Shown here: one piece after another, positions 43,790 through 53,547 of the stretch
Numbering within the stretch: the first letter of the stretch is position 1
Layout: the number at the start of each line of letters is the position of its first letter
Origin: an uncultured Bacillales bacterium
Lineage (GTDB): Bacteria > Bacillota_I > Bacilli_A > RFN20 > CAG-288
Direction of reading: 5' to 3'
Assembly (NCBI GenBank): GCA_937874465.1
Contig: CALNAX010000016.1
Coordinates: 93,177-157,176, forward strand
Length of the DNA: 64,000 nucleotides
Translations under genes and position numbers: made by a program
The notes under the pieces: model-generated
The model's database searches: none
What the model was told of the DNA's origin: nothing
What the model saw: the letters and a program-made list of their open reading frames with translations, nothing else

Positions 43790-44935
43790 ATGGCCGAAGA
43801 TGAGGACTACTACAAGATCCTGGGCGTTCGCAGGGATGCCAGCCAGGATGACATTACCCATGCCTATCGCGAATTGGCCAAGAAGTGGCACCCCGATATT
43901 AACCACAGCTCCGACGCCACGGCGATGTTCGAGAAGATCACCAAGGCCTACGAGGTCTTGAAGGATCCCCAAAAGAGGGCGGCCTACGACAAGTTCGGGA
44001 CCGGGGCCTTCGACGAGAATGGCAATGCCGGCTTCAACAACGGTAACTTCAATGGCTTCCAGAACGCCGGTTTCGATGCCGACGACCTGGGCGACATCTT
44101 CAGCCAGTTCTTCGGTGGGGCCGCTTCGAGCGGAAGGCGCCAGCGGCGTTACTCCGGCGCCCATAAGGGGGACGATGTCTTCATGAAGATGAGGATCTCC
44201 TTCATGGAGGCCGTGAACGGCCGCGAGGTGCCGATGCCCTACGAATACGAGACCACCTGCGATCAATGCGGTGGCAAGGGTGCCGTCAACGCATCCGATG
44301 TCGAGACTTGTCCCACCTGTGGCGGGACTGGCACCGTCATTTCCAGCCAGCGCACCTTGTTTGGCACCTTCCAGACTCAGACGACCTGCCCGACCTGTCA
44401 TGGCAAGGGCACCAGGATCGTCAATCCTTGCCCCAATTGCAAAGGCAGGGGCTATGTCAGGGTCAAGACCACCCTGAACATCAAGATCCCGGCTGGCATC
44501 AATGAAGGCCAGCAGCTGCGGGTTCCCGGCAAAGGCGGACGGGGACTCAATGGTGGGCCGAACGGCGACCTCTTCATCGAGATGGTGGTCGAGAAGGACA
44601 AGACCTTCACCCGCGAGGGCAACGATGTCCATGTCAACGTCCAGATTCCCTTGACCACGGCTGTCTTGGGTGGGGACGTCAACGTTCCCACGGTCTATGG
44701 CACCAGCGAGTTGAGGATTCCTTCGGGGACCCAGCCCAACACCATCATGACCTTGAGGCGTCAGGGCATCAGGGGCGTGGATGGCAGGACCGGCGATGAG
44801 TTCGTCCATCTGTACATAAGGATTCCCACCCATCTCTCCGATAGCCAGCGCGAACTTTATTCCCAGTTGGCTGGTCAGCCCGATCCGGACAAAGATCGAA
44901 ACAACATATTCTCGGGAATCTTCCATAAGAAGTGA
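43790..44935 (+). CDS. dnaJ: co-chaperone DnaJ
   Basis: J domain (DYYKILGV...HPD), G/F region, and four CxxCxGxG zinc repeats (CDQCGGKG, CPTCGGTG, CPTCHGKG, CPNCKGRG). Start at 43790 with an AAGGAG RBS. Confidence 0.9.
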   Translation: MAEDEDYYKILGVRRDASQDDITHAYRELAKKWHPDINHSSDATAMFEKITKAYEVLKDPQKRAAYDKFGTGAFDENGNAGFNNGNFNGFQNAGFDADDLGDIFSQFFGGAASSGRRQRRYSGAHKGDDVFMKMRISFMEAVNGREVPMPYEYETTCDQCGGKGAVNASDVETCPTCGGTGTVISSQRTLFGTFQTQTTCPTCHGKGTRIVNPCPNCKGRGYVRVKTTLNIKIPAGINEGQQLRVPGKGGRGLNGGPNGDLFIEMVVEKDKTFTREGNDVHVNVQIPLTTAVLGGDVNVPTVYGTSELRIPSGTQPNTIMTLRRQGIRGVDGRTGDEFVHLYIRIPTHLSDSQRELYSQLAGQPDPDKDRNNIFSGIFHKK

Positions 44936-44945
44936 GGCTTGCGAT

Positions 44946-44972
44946 GGCCCGGCATAAAGCCGGGCCTTTTTG
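44946..44972 (+). terminator. rho-independent terminator of the dnaK operon
   Basis: GGCCCGGC-ataaa-GCCGGGCC followed by TTTTTG. Confidence 0.8.
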
Positions 44973-45039
44973 TTTGCTATGCAACCTACCTGATATTAAA
45001 ATACAGGGGATTCGCAAATGGCCAGGTAAGGTAATAGCA

Positions 45040-46587
45040 ATGACAATCGATTATTCCAAACGCAGTTTCTATGAGATCTATCCGACTTCCTATTTCGATT
45101 CGAACGGCGATGGCATCGGAGACCTTAATGGCATCAGCCAGAAGCTTGAGTACATCAAGAGCTTGGGCTTCACCGGTCTGTGGCTTAACCCCATCTTCAA
45201 AAGCCCCTTCAGGGACGGAGGCTATGACATCTCGGATCCGTTCTCCGTGGATCCCCGCTTCGGAACGCTGGAGGACCTTAAAACGATGCTGGCCAAGGCT
45301 CATTCCTTGGGCTTCGCGGTCCTCTTCGACTTGGTGGGTGGCCACCTTTCCTGGGACAGCTACTACTTCAAGCAATCGGCCGAGCCCACGCCAAACGAAT
45401 ACTCGGACCTGTTCATTTGGTCCGACAATCCCTGGATGATGGACGACAAGCTGAGGATGGTCCGGGGCCTTTACGACCGCAATGGAACGTTCCTGGCTAA
45501 TTTCTTCGTCCATCAGCCGGCCTTGAACTATGGCTTTCTCCATCCCCAGTACAGTTGGGAGGAGCCGATCGACGGTAAGGGTCCGACCAAGGCCAAGAAG
45601 TTCTTGGTGAAGATTATCGACTACTGGCTTAGCCAGGGCTTCGATGGCTTCAGGGCCGATATGGCAGGCTGGATGGTCAAGCAGGACGACGAAGACGCCA
45701 CCGGGACCATCGCGATGTGGAAGGACGTGTTCGGGCAGGTCCGTAAGGACTATCCCGACTGCGTGGCGGTTTCGGAATGGTCCTGCCCCTGGCAGTCCTT
45801 GAAGAGCGGCTTCGACTCCGACTTCGTGCTCTACTGGAGCGAGAACTTCACCCACGCCTTCCTCAGGAACGGCAAGGGCCTGAAGGGCCAGCATACCTTC
45901 TTCGGCGATGGCACCCCTTTGTTCCATACCTGGGACAAGGCCCTTTTCGACCAATGGAAAGGCGATTTCGCAAAGCGCTTTGACGCGTCCAAGGACGATG
46001 GCAAGTGGCTGAGCTTGATATCGGGTAACCATGACACCTCCCGTCTTGCGGATTGGCTGACGGAGCAGGAACTCAAGTTGGCCTACCTGGTTGGCTTCCT
46101 CCTCCCCAACGTTCCCTTCATGTATGCTGGCGACGAGATAGGGCAGACCACCTATTTCGGCCTCCCGTCCAAGGACGGAGGTTACGCCAGGACTGGCACC
46201 AGGACTCCGATGAAGTGGGACCATGGCGTCGACAACGGCTTCTCCACAGCTCCTGAGGACAAGCTTTATCTTCCCATCAACCCCAACGACAAGACCGTGA
46301 GTGACCTTGAGGACGATAAGGATTCCCTTCTCAACGCCATAGCCAAGATCAACTACATCCGCAATACCGATTCGGACCTGACTGGCAACCATGACCTCTC
46401 GTTCGACGATTCCGACCCCATATCCTTCAAGCGCCGGAAGACTTTGGTCGTGGCCAACATCACCGATCGTATTGAGAAGGTGAAGGTCGGCAAGGGGCAG
46501 TTGCTTTTGACCTTCGGCCCGGTGGAGGTGGACGATGGTCTATTGGTCGTGCCGCCCAAGAGCGGACTCGTTTACAGGGAGGACTGA
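45040..46587 (+). CDS. GH13 alpha-glucosidase / oligo-1,6-glucosidase-like glycoside hydrolase, paralog A
   Basis: YEIYPTSYFDSNGDGIGDLNGI...DGGYDISD; catalytic GFRADMA (nucleophile), SEW (acid) and GNHD. Confidence 0.85.
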   Translation: MTIDYSKRSFYEIYPTSYFDSNGDGIGDLNGISQKLEYIKSLGFTGLWLNPIFKSPFRDGGYDISDPFSVDPRFGTLEDLKTMLAKAHSLGFAVLFDLVGGHLSWDSYYFKQSAEPTPNEYSDLFIWSDNPWMMDDKLRMVRGLYDRNGTFLANFFVHQPALNYGFLHPQYSWEEPIDGKGPTKAKKFLVKIIDYWLSQGFDGFRADMAGWMVKQDDEDATGTIAMWKDVFGQVRKDYPDCVAVSEWSCPWQSLKSGFDSDFVLYWSENFTHAFLRNGKGLKGQHTFFGDGTPLFHTWDKALFDQWKGDFAKRFDASKDDGKWLSLISGNHDTSRLADWLTEQELKLAYLVGFLLPNVPFMYAGDEIGQTTYFGLPSKDGGYARTGTRTPMKWDHGVDNGFSTAPEDKLYLPINPNDKTVSDLEDDKDSLLNAIAKINYIRNTDSDLTGNHDLSFDDSDPISFKRRKTLVVANITDRIEKVKVGKGQLLLTFGPVEVDDGLLVVPPKSGLVYRED

Positions 46588-46590
46588 CAA

Positions 46591-48147
46591 ATGTCAGAGA
46601 GAGAATATGGTCAAAGGACCTTCTATGAGATCTACCCGCTTACCTTCAATGACGCAAATGGTGACGGAATCGGGGATTTGGAAGGAATCATAGAGAAGCT
46701 TCCATATATAAAATCATTGGGATTCACCGGACTTTGGATAAACCCAATCTTTGAATCGGCCTGGAAAGACGGCGGATATGACATCATTGATTATTTCAAG
46801 GTCGACAAGCGCTTCGGCACCATGGACGATGCCCTGAGGTTGATTGGGGAAGCCCATAGGCTTGGCTTTTTGGTCTTCTTCGATCTGGTCCCCGGCCATA
46901 CCTCCTGGTCTTCCCCGATGTTTGAGAAATCCGCCCTACCGACTCCAAACGAGTACAGCGACCTGTACATCTGGACCGATGGGGAAGGCAAGCCCTATCC
47001 CAAGGCCGAGGTCAATCTGGTCCACGGCCTGTATCAACGCGATGGCGCCTACTGGGTCAACTTCTTCGACCATCAGCCGGCCCTGAACTATGGCTTCAGC
47101 CGCATCGACTATCCCAGCTGGGAGAAGGGCATCGACTCTTTGGCCGCCGAGGGGACCCGCAAGTTCCTCGAGTCGGTCATGGAGTTCTGGCTCGGCAGGG
47201 GCGTGGATGGCTTCAGGGTCGACATGGCCGACTCACTGGTCAAGAACGACGACGACAAGACTGCCACCATCGAGACCTGGCATCGGATCCTTAGGGAAGT
47301 CCACAAGGAGTTCCCCTCCTTCAGGATGGTCTCCGAATGGTCCTATCCGGAGCGGTCGTTCAAGGCCGGGTTCGATTCCGACTTCGTCTTGGACCATACC
47401 GACAATTTCTCCCATGCCTTCTTTAGGGCCGGCGATGGCTATATGGATCCCCGGCCCTACGAGAAGCCGCTTTTGGCCCAGTTCGACCAAAAGCTCTGGG
47501 ACCAATACCTGAAGGAGATGGAGGGGGAGATGGACGCCTCCATAAAGGCCCCCGGTCACTATCTATCCCTGATATCGGGAAACCACGACACCTGGCGCAT
47601 CGCCGACTCCCTTAAGGGCAACAGCCTGCTGTTGGCATATCTCATGATATTCACCCTTCCCAACGTTCCGTTCGTCTTTGCCGGCGATGAAGCCGGCCAG
47701 ACCACCTGGCGGGGCTTGCCTTCCAAGGAAGGCGGCTTCCAGCGCACCGGCGCCAGGCTCCCGATGAAGTGGGACGACTCCAATGGGGCGTTTGGCTTTT
47801 CCAAGGCCCAACCCGCAAAACTCTACCTTCCCCAGAATCCCGAGGATGAGACGGTGGCCCAAAGGGAGGCCGAGCCGCTTTCGGTCCTCAACCTCATCAA
47901 GGCCTTGAACAAACTGCGCGACGATGTCCCCCAGCTCACCCGTACCGCTGACTTCTCGTTCATGAAGTGGCCTTTGTCCTATCGCCACAAGGACGTCTTG
48001 GTCGCGATGAATCTCAAGGACGAGCCGGTAAGGATTCCGGTCGGCTCGGGCGAAATACTTCTGGCCGTCGGGGAGCACCAGATAAGCCAGGGGAGCATCG
48101 TGCTACCCAAGCATTCGGGCGTCGTTTTCAGGGGCGATATCAAATAG
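46591..48147 (+). CDS. GH13 alpha-glucosidase-like glycoside hydrolase, paralog B (tandem duplicate)
   Basis: Same motif set (GFRVDMA, SEW, GNHDT). GGGAGGA RBS inside the end of paralog A. 3-nt spacer. Confidence 0.85.
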   Translation: MSEREYGQRTFYEIYPLTFNDANGDGIGDLEGIIEKLPYIKSLGFTGLWINPIFESAWKDGGYDIIDYFKVDKRFGTMDDALRLIGEAHRLGFLVFFDLVPGHTSWSSPMFEKSALPTPNEYSDLYIWTDGEGKPYPKAEVNLVHGLYQRDGAYWVNFFDHQPALNYGFSRIDYPSWEKGIDSLAAEGTRKFLESVMEFWLGRGVDGFRVDMADSLVKNDDDKTATIETWHRILREVHKEFPSFRMVSEWSYPERSFKAGFDSDFVLDHTDNFSHAFFRAGDGYMDPRPYEKPLLAQFDQKLWDQYLKEMEGEMDASIKAPGHYLSLISGNHDTWRIADSLKGNSLLLAYLMIFTLPNVPFVFAGDEAGQTTWRGLPSKEGGFQRTGARLPMKWDDSNGAFGFSKAQPAKLYLPQNPEDETVAQREAEPLSVLNLIKALNKLRDDVPQLTRTADFSFMKWPLSYRHKDVLVAMNLKDEPVRIPVGSGEILLAVGEHQISQGSIVLPKHSGVVFRGDIK

Positions 48148-48636
48148 GTGAAAGGGCAAGCCCTAATAGATCACGGCTTTTCGCCTTTCATCCCCAAGGG
48201 AGCCAAGGTCTTGATCCTTGGCTCCTTTCCTTCGGTGGCTTCAAGGAAGTCGGGCTTCTTCTACATGCATCCCACCAACCGCTTCTACAAGACCTTGGGA
48301 GCCCTGTTCAAGGAGGAGGAGCCACTCGGGACGAAAGACAGGAAGGCGTTTCTGACCCGGCATGGCATCGCCCTGTACGACGTAGTCGAATCCTGTCTGG
48401 TGAGAGGCTCTTCGGATTCGTCCATAAAGGAGGCAAGGCCTTGCGACCTAAGGGCGATTCTTTCCGCATGTCAGACGGTAAAGGCCATATTCGTAACCGG
48501 CCAAAAGGCCTACACCCTCTATCGAAGGTATTTCAGCGAGCCGGCATTCGTCTTGCCTAGCCCTTCCGCCGCCAACGCTTCCTCTTCCCTCGCTGATCTT
48601 GTCAGGGCCTATGGCAAGATATTGGCCTTCCTTTGA
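48148..48636 (+). CDS. uracil-DNA glycosylase superfamily protein (DNA-deoxyinosine / Mug-TDG-like glycosylase)
   Basis: VLILGSFPSVAS (UDG motif-A-like) plus a C-terminal DNA-minor-groove loop. GTG start immediately after the GH13-B stop. Confidence 0.55.
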   Translation: MKGQALIDHGFSPFIPKGAKVLILGSFPSVASRKSGFFYMHPTNRFYKTLGALFKEEEPLGTKDRKAFLTRHGIALYDVVESCLVRGSSDSSIKEARPCDLRAILSACQTVKAIFVTGQKAYTLYRRYFSEPAFVLPSPSAANASSSLADLVRAYGKILAFL

Positions 48637-48698
48637 ATGGTCTTTTGGGCCTTGGCCGGGTTTACCTATATAATCAATGGCAGTAGCGGAGGACAAAG

Positions 48699-49892
48699 AT
48701 GCCTGCAGACATGTTTAAGCTCGATGCCGTAAATGGCTCCATCCTTGGGGTGGTGGCCTTTCTCTTGCTTGTCCTGGACTCCTTTGCGACCTTGGGCGAG
48801 CGTTCCTTCTCCCAGGCCAGCGAGACCAAGTTGAGGTATGCCGCTTCCTCCGTGGGCGGAAGGGTGGCCCTCAAGCTTTTGCAGCACAAGGATCGGACCA
48901 TCTCGACCATGCGTGTCCTAAGCATACTCTGCCAAGCCTCTTTGGCCTTGATCCTCTATTACATCGTTATCGCCTCGGTGACCCCCTTTTGGCTGGGGAA
49001 CGTGGTGGCCGTAATCGTCTTGCTCTTGGCGGCCGTGATATTGGGCGAGATAATGCCTTATGCCATTGGCTCCAACAGGCCCGAATTGACCGCTTCCTAT
49101 CTGGCTTTGCCGACCCTTTTCTTCTATTACCTCCTCTTCCCCTTCACCAATCTGGTGGGATTCTTCCGCTGGTTTGCCTCCCATGTCCTTAAGATCAAGG
49201 AGAAGCCCGACATGTCGGAAAGGGACCTCCAGGCGGTGGTGACCGATGTCTATGACGAGGGCGCGATCGAGAAGGAAGAGCACGACCTCATCCAGAACTC
49301 CCTTTCCTTCGACGACAAGACCATCGCCAGGGTCATGACGCCGCTCAAGAACGTGGTCTATGTCGATTCGGGCATGACCGTGGCCCAAATCGAGCATCTC
49401 TTCATCGAGAACAACTATTCCCGGGTCCCCTTTTTTGACAAGGACTCCGGACAGGTGGAGGGAATCCTGTTCCAGAAGGACTTCTACGAGATGCTTTTGA
49501 CTGAGAAGAAACCGGTTGCCACCTTGATAAAGCCGGCCCTGTTCTTCCCCGACAGCATAAACGCCTCCTTGGCCTTGAAGCGGCTGCAGCGGTTTCGCCA
49601 GCACATAGCGATCGTGCGTAGCCAGGCCGATGGCAAGGTGGTCGGCCTTATAACGGTAGAGGACCTGGTCGAGGAAATAGTCGGGGAGATCGAAGACGAG
49701 TACGATGCCGAGGACATCCAGAAGCAGCAGGCCCAGGAACTCGAGAAGAAATCGGAACTGGCGGCCAAGGCCGAGAAGAGGATCCTGGAATCCAATTTCC
49801 AGGACACGGCCATCTTTCCCCGGAACGATGATTACGATGAGGATTACGGACCCGATGACGACAAGAAGGACAAGGGGGCGGACAAGAAATGA
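48699..49892 (+). CDS. CNNM/DUF21 - CBS pair - CorC_HlyC hemolysin-family (TlyC/CorC-like) membrane protein with an acidic C-terminal tail
   Basis: N-terminal 4-TM DUF21, central tandem CBS, and CorC_HlyC (IAIVRSQADGKVVGLITVEDLVEEIVGEIEDEYD). Confidence 0.8.
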   Translation: MPADMFKLDAVNGSILGVVAFLLLVLDSFATLGERSFSQASETKLRYAASSVGGRVALKLLQHKDRTISTMRVLSILCQASLALILYYIVIASVTPFWLGNVVAVIVLLLAAVILGEIMPYAIGSNRPELTASYLALPTLFFYYLLFPFTNLVGFFRWFASHVLKIKEKPDMSERDLQAVVTDVYDEGAIEKEEHDLIQNSLSFDDKTIARVMTPLKNVVYVDSGMTVAQIEHLFIENNYSRVPFFDKDSGQVEGILFQKDFYEMLLTEKKPVATLIKPALFFPDSINASLALKRLQRFRQHIAIVRSQADGKVVGLITVEDLVEEIVGEIEDEYDAEDIQKQQAQELEKKSELAAKAEKRILESNFQDTAIFPRNDDYDEDYGPDDDKKDKGADKK

Positions 49893-50959
49893 CCTTCATC
49901 GACAGGCTTCGCGCCTTGGCGGCGGGGCGGGGTGAGACCGACGAGGACCTGGCCCGGGAATGTGGCCTGACCATCGACGCATTTTACGCCCTGGTCGGCG
50001 AAGGCCAGGAACCGACACTTGCCTTGATTGAGCCCCTGGCCAGGCATTTCGATACCTCCCCGGTCGCGCTTGTGAACGGGAGCCTTGCGGAGATATGCGT
50101 CAGGAAGGTTTCCGATTCCGACCCTAAGGGAACTTTCCGTTCCTTCTATTTCCGTTCCTTCTCCCTGACCACGGTCTTGGTCTATCTCGCCGCTGGCTTT
50201 TTCTTCTTCTCCATAGGCCTGGCGAAGTATCTGGAATTGGGCCTTGACGGGATGAGCTTCCAGGAGGAGATCTTTGCCATCTTTGGTTTGGCCCTCTTCG
50301 GCTGCGCGCTCTTCTATCCCCTCTATCGGCTCTTTGCGTTCTGGCCCAAGGGAGAGGACGTGGTGACCTATTCTTTCTTCTTGGACAAGGTGGTCATGAA
50401 GGTCGGAAGCGGGAAGGGCGGGTCGGCTATGGCCTTCCCCTATTCCACCATCAAGGAATTGGGGGAGACCAAAGACGGCTTCCAGCTCTACGTTGCCGGG
50501 CAGAAGGTGCCGGTCCTGATCCCCAAGTCCACCCTTTCGCCAAAGCAGGTCGGCGGACTTAGGAAGCTTCTATCGGGCCAGGCGGCCAAATATTACTTCT
50601 ATGGATTGCCCGAAATCGACGCCTTTGCCACCGATTCCGAGTTCTCCATTGCCCAAGGCCAGGCCCAGGTTTTGATCGGCAACCTTTTGCTCTCCCTGTC
50701 GTTTCTCTCCCTCGCGCTGCTATTGGGCCTATCCTGCTTCCTCTTGCCCTTCATCCTCAATGTCCCTTCGTATGTCCCCAACCTCAAGACCTTTGCCGTG
50801 GGCTCCTTGGCCTCTCTGGTCTTGTCCCTCTTCACCGCGGCCATCACCCTTTGGCTGATGCTTAGGAAGATGATGAGATCGTATTATGTAATCGCCAACG
50901 CCACCATAAGCCTCTTGATAGTCGTATCCTCAGTAGTGCTTATGGCCTTAGGCTTTTAG
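49889..50959 (+). CDS. membrane protein with an N-terminal HTH (XRE-like) motif, several TM helices and a YcxB/bPH-like domain
   Basis: LARECGLTIDAFYALVGEGQEPTL is HTH-like. TM segments flank FPYSTIKELGETKDGFQLYVAGQKVPVLIPKSTLSPKQVGGLRKLL (YcxB-like). 4-nt overlap with the upstream hemolysin-family gene. Confidence 0.5.
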   Translation: MTFIDRLRALAAGRGETDEDLARECGLTIDAFYALVGEGQEPTLALIEPLARHFDTSPVALVNGSLAEICVRKVSDSDPKGTFRSFYFRSFSLTTVLVYLAAGFFFFSIGLAKYLELGLDGMSFQEEIFAIFGLALFGCALFYPLYRLFAFWPKGEDVVTYSFFLDKVVMKVGSGKGGSAMAFPYSTIKELGETKDGFQLYVAGQKVPVLIPKSTLSPKQVGGLRKLLSGQAAKYYFYGLPEIDAFATDSEFSIAQGQAQVLIGNLLLSLSFLSLALLLGLSCFLLPFILNVPSYVPNLKTFAVGSLASLVLSLFTAAITLWLMLRKMMRSYYVIANATISLLIVVSSVVLMALGF

Positions 50960-50970
50960 GAGGTTGATCC

Positions 50971-51966
50971 ATGAGCGATGAAAGAATAGTGTTCCTCGGG
51001 ACTCCCGACATGGCGGCCCAGGCTCTGAAGGCCCTGGTGGAGTCGGGCTTCAACGTCGTCGGCGTGGTCAGTCAGCCCGATAGCCCCAAGGGTCGGTCCC
51101 ATACGCCGACACCCTCGCCGGTCTCGGCCATGGCCCTGGAATTGGGAATTCCCTTGCACAGACCGGTCAAGCTTAACCACGATTACGATTTCGTGGCCCG
51201 GCTCAAGCCCGACGTTTTGCTGACCTTCGCCTTTGGCCAGATCCTCTCTTCCAAGGTCTTGGCCCTCTCGGGCAAGTTCCCGCCTTTGAACGTCCATGCC
51301 TCCGATTTACCCAGACTCAGGGGCGCCTCGCCGATCCAGACGGCCATCTTGGAAGGCGACAGGGAGACGGCGGTGTGTCTGATGGAGATGGTCAAGGCCA
51401 TGGATGCCGGCAGGGTCTTCGCCCGCCAGAAGGTCGCAATAGCCGCCGAAGAAAACACCACCACCCTCTCCGCCAAGATCGTTTCCGTCGCCATACGGAT
51501 GCTGAGGGAATACCTGCCCAAATACTTTTCCAACCAGCTCGTGGGTGAGGTTCAGGACGAGGGCGCGGCAACCGTCTGCCATATCCTCAAGAAGGAGGAT
51601 TCGCTCCTCACCCCTGACCTTTCCCCCGCTTCGTTCGTCAACAAGGTCCGCGCCTTCGCCCTTAAGCCCGGCGCCTTCCTTAGGCTCGACGGCGGACTGG
51701 AGATAAAGGTCTATCGATGCGTTGGCCTACTGGATGGCAAAGACCATGGCCAAGGCGTGGTGGAGAAGGCCCAGGATGGTGAATTCGTCATAGGCTTGAA
51801 AGGTGGCTATGTCAAGTTGCTTACCTTGCAAAAGCCCGGTAAGAAGGCGATGGACGCAAAGGCGTTTCTAAATGGTGAAAGAGGTTTGGCTGGTAAGAGG
51901 ATGCTGGGCGTAGACGAGGTGTTCCCTACCCAGACAAATGGTGATTCTACCCCGGAAAGGAAATAG
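50971..51966 (+). CDS. fmt: methionyl-tRNA formyltransferase
   Basis: IVFLGTPDMAAQAL...NVHASDLPRLRGASPIQTAILEGD formyltransferase motifs. Confidence 0.85.
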   Translation: MSDERIVFLGTPDMAAQALKALVESGFNVVGVVSQPDSPKGRSHTPTPSPVSAMALELGIPLHRPVKLNHDYDFVARLKPDVLLTFAFGQILSSKVLALSGKFPPLNVHASDLPRLRGASPIQTAILEGDRETAVCLMEMVKAMDAGRVFARQKVAIAAEENTTTLSAKIVSVAIRMLREYLPKYFSNQLVGEVQDEGAATVCHILKKEDSLLTPDLSPASFVNKVRAFALKPGAFLRLDGGLEIKVYRCVGLLDGKDHGQGVVEKAQDGEFVIGLKGGYVKLLTLQKPGKKAMDAKAFLNGERGLAGKRMLGVDEVFPTQTNGDSTPERK

Positions 51967-51970
51967 GAAA

Positions 51971-52492
51971 ATGGTTGAGATAAAGATAAAGGGCTATGGT
52001 TCGATAAGGGTCAACTTGGATTGGAAGAGTGCCCCCAACACTTGCGCCAATTTCGTTGCGTTGGCACGCAAGGGCTTCTACGACGGCTTGCTGTTCCATC
52101 GGATCATAAAGCACTTCATGGTACAGGGTGGCGATCCCACCGGGACGGGCATGGGCGGACCTGGCTATGCCATCAAGGGCGAGTTCCTGGCCAATGGCGT
52201 AAAAAACGCCCACAGCCATAAACGTGGGGCCATTTCGATGGCCAGGGCGCAGGATCCCGATTCCGCCGGTTCCCAGTTCTTCATCTGCGATGCGGATGAC
52301 GAATTCCTGGACGGCAGCTACGCCGCCTTTGGCGATGTCGCCGACCAGGCCTCCTTGGACGTGCTGGACAAGGTCGCGGCGGTTCCCACTGACAAAGAGG
52401 ACGACAGGCCGGTAAAGGCCGTGATAATCGAGGATGTGACCGTCTCCCCCGACGAGCCCAACACGGCCGTGGCGACCTTGCCGGAGAGATAG
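51971..52492 (+). CDS. ppiB: cyclophilin-type peptidyl-prolyl cis-trans isomerase
   Basis: FHRIIKHFMVQGGDPTGTGMGGPGY...GSQFFIC. Start at MVEIKIK. Confidence 0.85.
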   Translation: MVEIKIKGYGSIRVNLDWKSAPNTCANFVALARKGFYDGLLFHRIIKHFMVQGGDPTGTGMGGPGYAIKGEFLANGVKNAHSHKRGAISMARAQDPDSAGSQFFICDADDEFLDGSYAAFGDVADQASLDVLDKVAAVPTDKEDDRPVKAVIIEDVTVSPDEPNTAVATLPER

Positions 52493-52494
52493 GG

Positions 52495-53469
52495 ATGATC
52501 AAGGTCCTGGTGTCGGACGATTCCGGGTACTGCGAAGCGGTCGCCAGGGAACAGATAAGAAGAAAGTTCCCGACCTTGGACTATGGCTCGGATCTATATA
52601 GGATCGATGGCTATCAGGACAGCCTTGCCAACCTTGCCCAAGAAGCCTCGACCCCTTCCTTTAGCGGTGAGGGGAAGGTCTTCCTCTTGACCGATTGCTT
52701 TTACCTTACCGACGGCAAAGGTCAAAAGGACTTCCAGACTCCGGTTGACATCCAGGCATTCGCCGCTTACCTCAAGCACCCCGATCCGGTGAATTCCCTT
52801 TTCATCTGCCTGGTCGGAAAACTGGGGAAGTCGCCTCTGGCCAAGGCCCTGAAGGCCAGTGGGGCCGACTTCGAGGACCACCCCCTGCCAAGAGGCGAGC
52901 AACTGGCCATGGAGGGAATGAAGATTGCGGCGGAACTGGGCAAGAACATCGACCAGACCTCGGCCATGGAAGTGGTCTTTAGGGTCGGCGGCGATTTCAG
53001 GGTCTTCAGGAACACCATCGAGAAGCTTTGCCTCTATACCGACGCCATAAGGCTGCCCGATGTGGAGGCCTTGGTCCCCAGGCCATTGGCGGACAACGTC
53101 TTTGCCATCGCCGATGCCTTGATGTCCGACGAACCCCTCAAGGCCCTTAGGTCCTATAGGGACCTTAGGAGAGGCGGCCTGGATCCCATAGGCTTTCTGC
53201 CGGTCCTCTTCTCCCAGTTTCGCTTCATGGCTCAGGTGAGTTATCTGGCCGGACATGGCCTGGGAAGCGATCGCATTGCCAGCGAGCTCAATTGCCGTCC
53301 GGGGCGGGTCTACATGAACCTAAAGAAACTTAAGGGCCGCACGTTCACCGGCTTGGTGGCCATCTTGGCCGATCTGGGCCGGATGGAGAAGGACATCAAG
53401 TTCAATCTCGACGATCCCGACACCTCGTTGGAGAACTGGTTCGTTTCATTCGCGCATCGCTACGGTTAG
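52495..53469 (+). CDS. holA: DNA polymerase III delta subunit
   Basis: Clamp-loader delta-like length and N-terminal Rossmann-like region. The conserved position downstream of comEC and divergent from rpsT supports the call. Confidence 0.65.
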   Translation: MIKVLVSDDSGYCEAVAREQIRRKFPTLDYGSDLYRIDGYQDSLANLAQEASTPSFSGEGKVFLLTDCFYLTDGKGQKDFQTPVDIQAFAAYLKHPDPVNSLFICLVGKLGKSPLAKALKASGADFEDHPLPRGEQLAMEGMKIAAELGKNIDQTSAMEVVFRVGGDFRVFRNTIEKLCLYTDAIRLPDVEALVPRPLADNVFAIADALMSDEPLKALRSYRDLRRGGLDPIGFLPVLFSQFRFMAQVSYLAGHGLGSDRIASELNCRPGRVYMNLKKLKGRTFTGLVAILADLGRMEKDIKFNLDDPDTSLENWFVSFAHRYG

Positions 53470-53496
53470 CTTCGATGGGATTGATTGAGAAGCGAC

Positions 53497-53526
53497 GAAA
53501 AAAGCAAGGCCCAAGCCTTGCTTTTA
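53497..53526. terminator. bidirectional terminator between holA (+) and rpsT (-); stronger on the minus strand
   Basis: AGCAAGGC-ccaa-GCCTTGCT stem, AAAAAA upstream (T-run for rpsT), TTTT downstream. Confidence 0.7.
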
Positions 53527-53547
53527 CTTTGCCGGAAACCTTGACTA

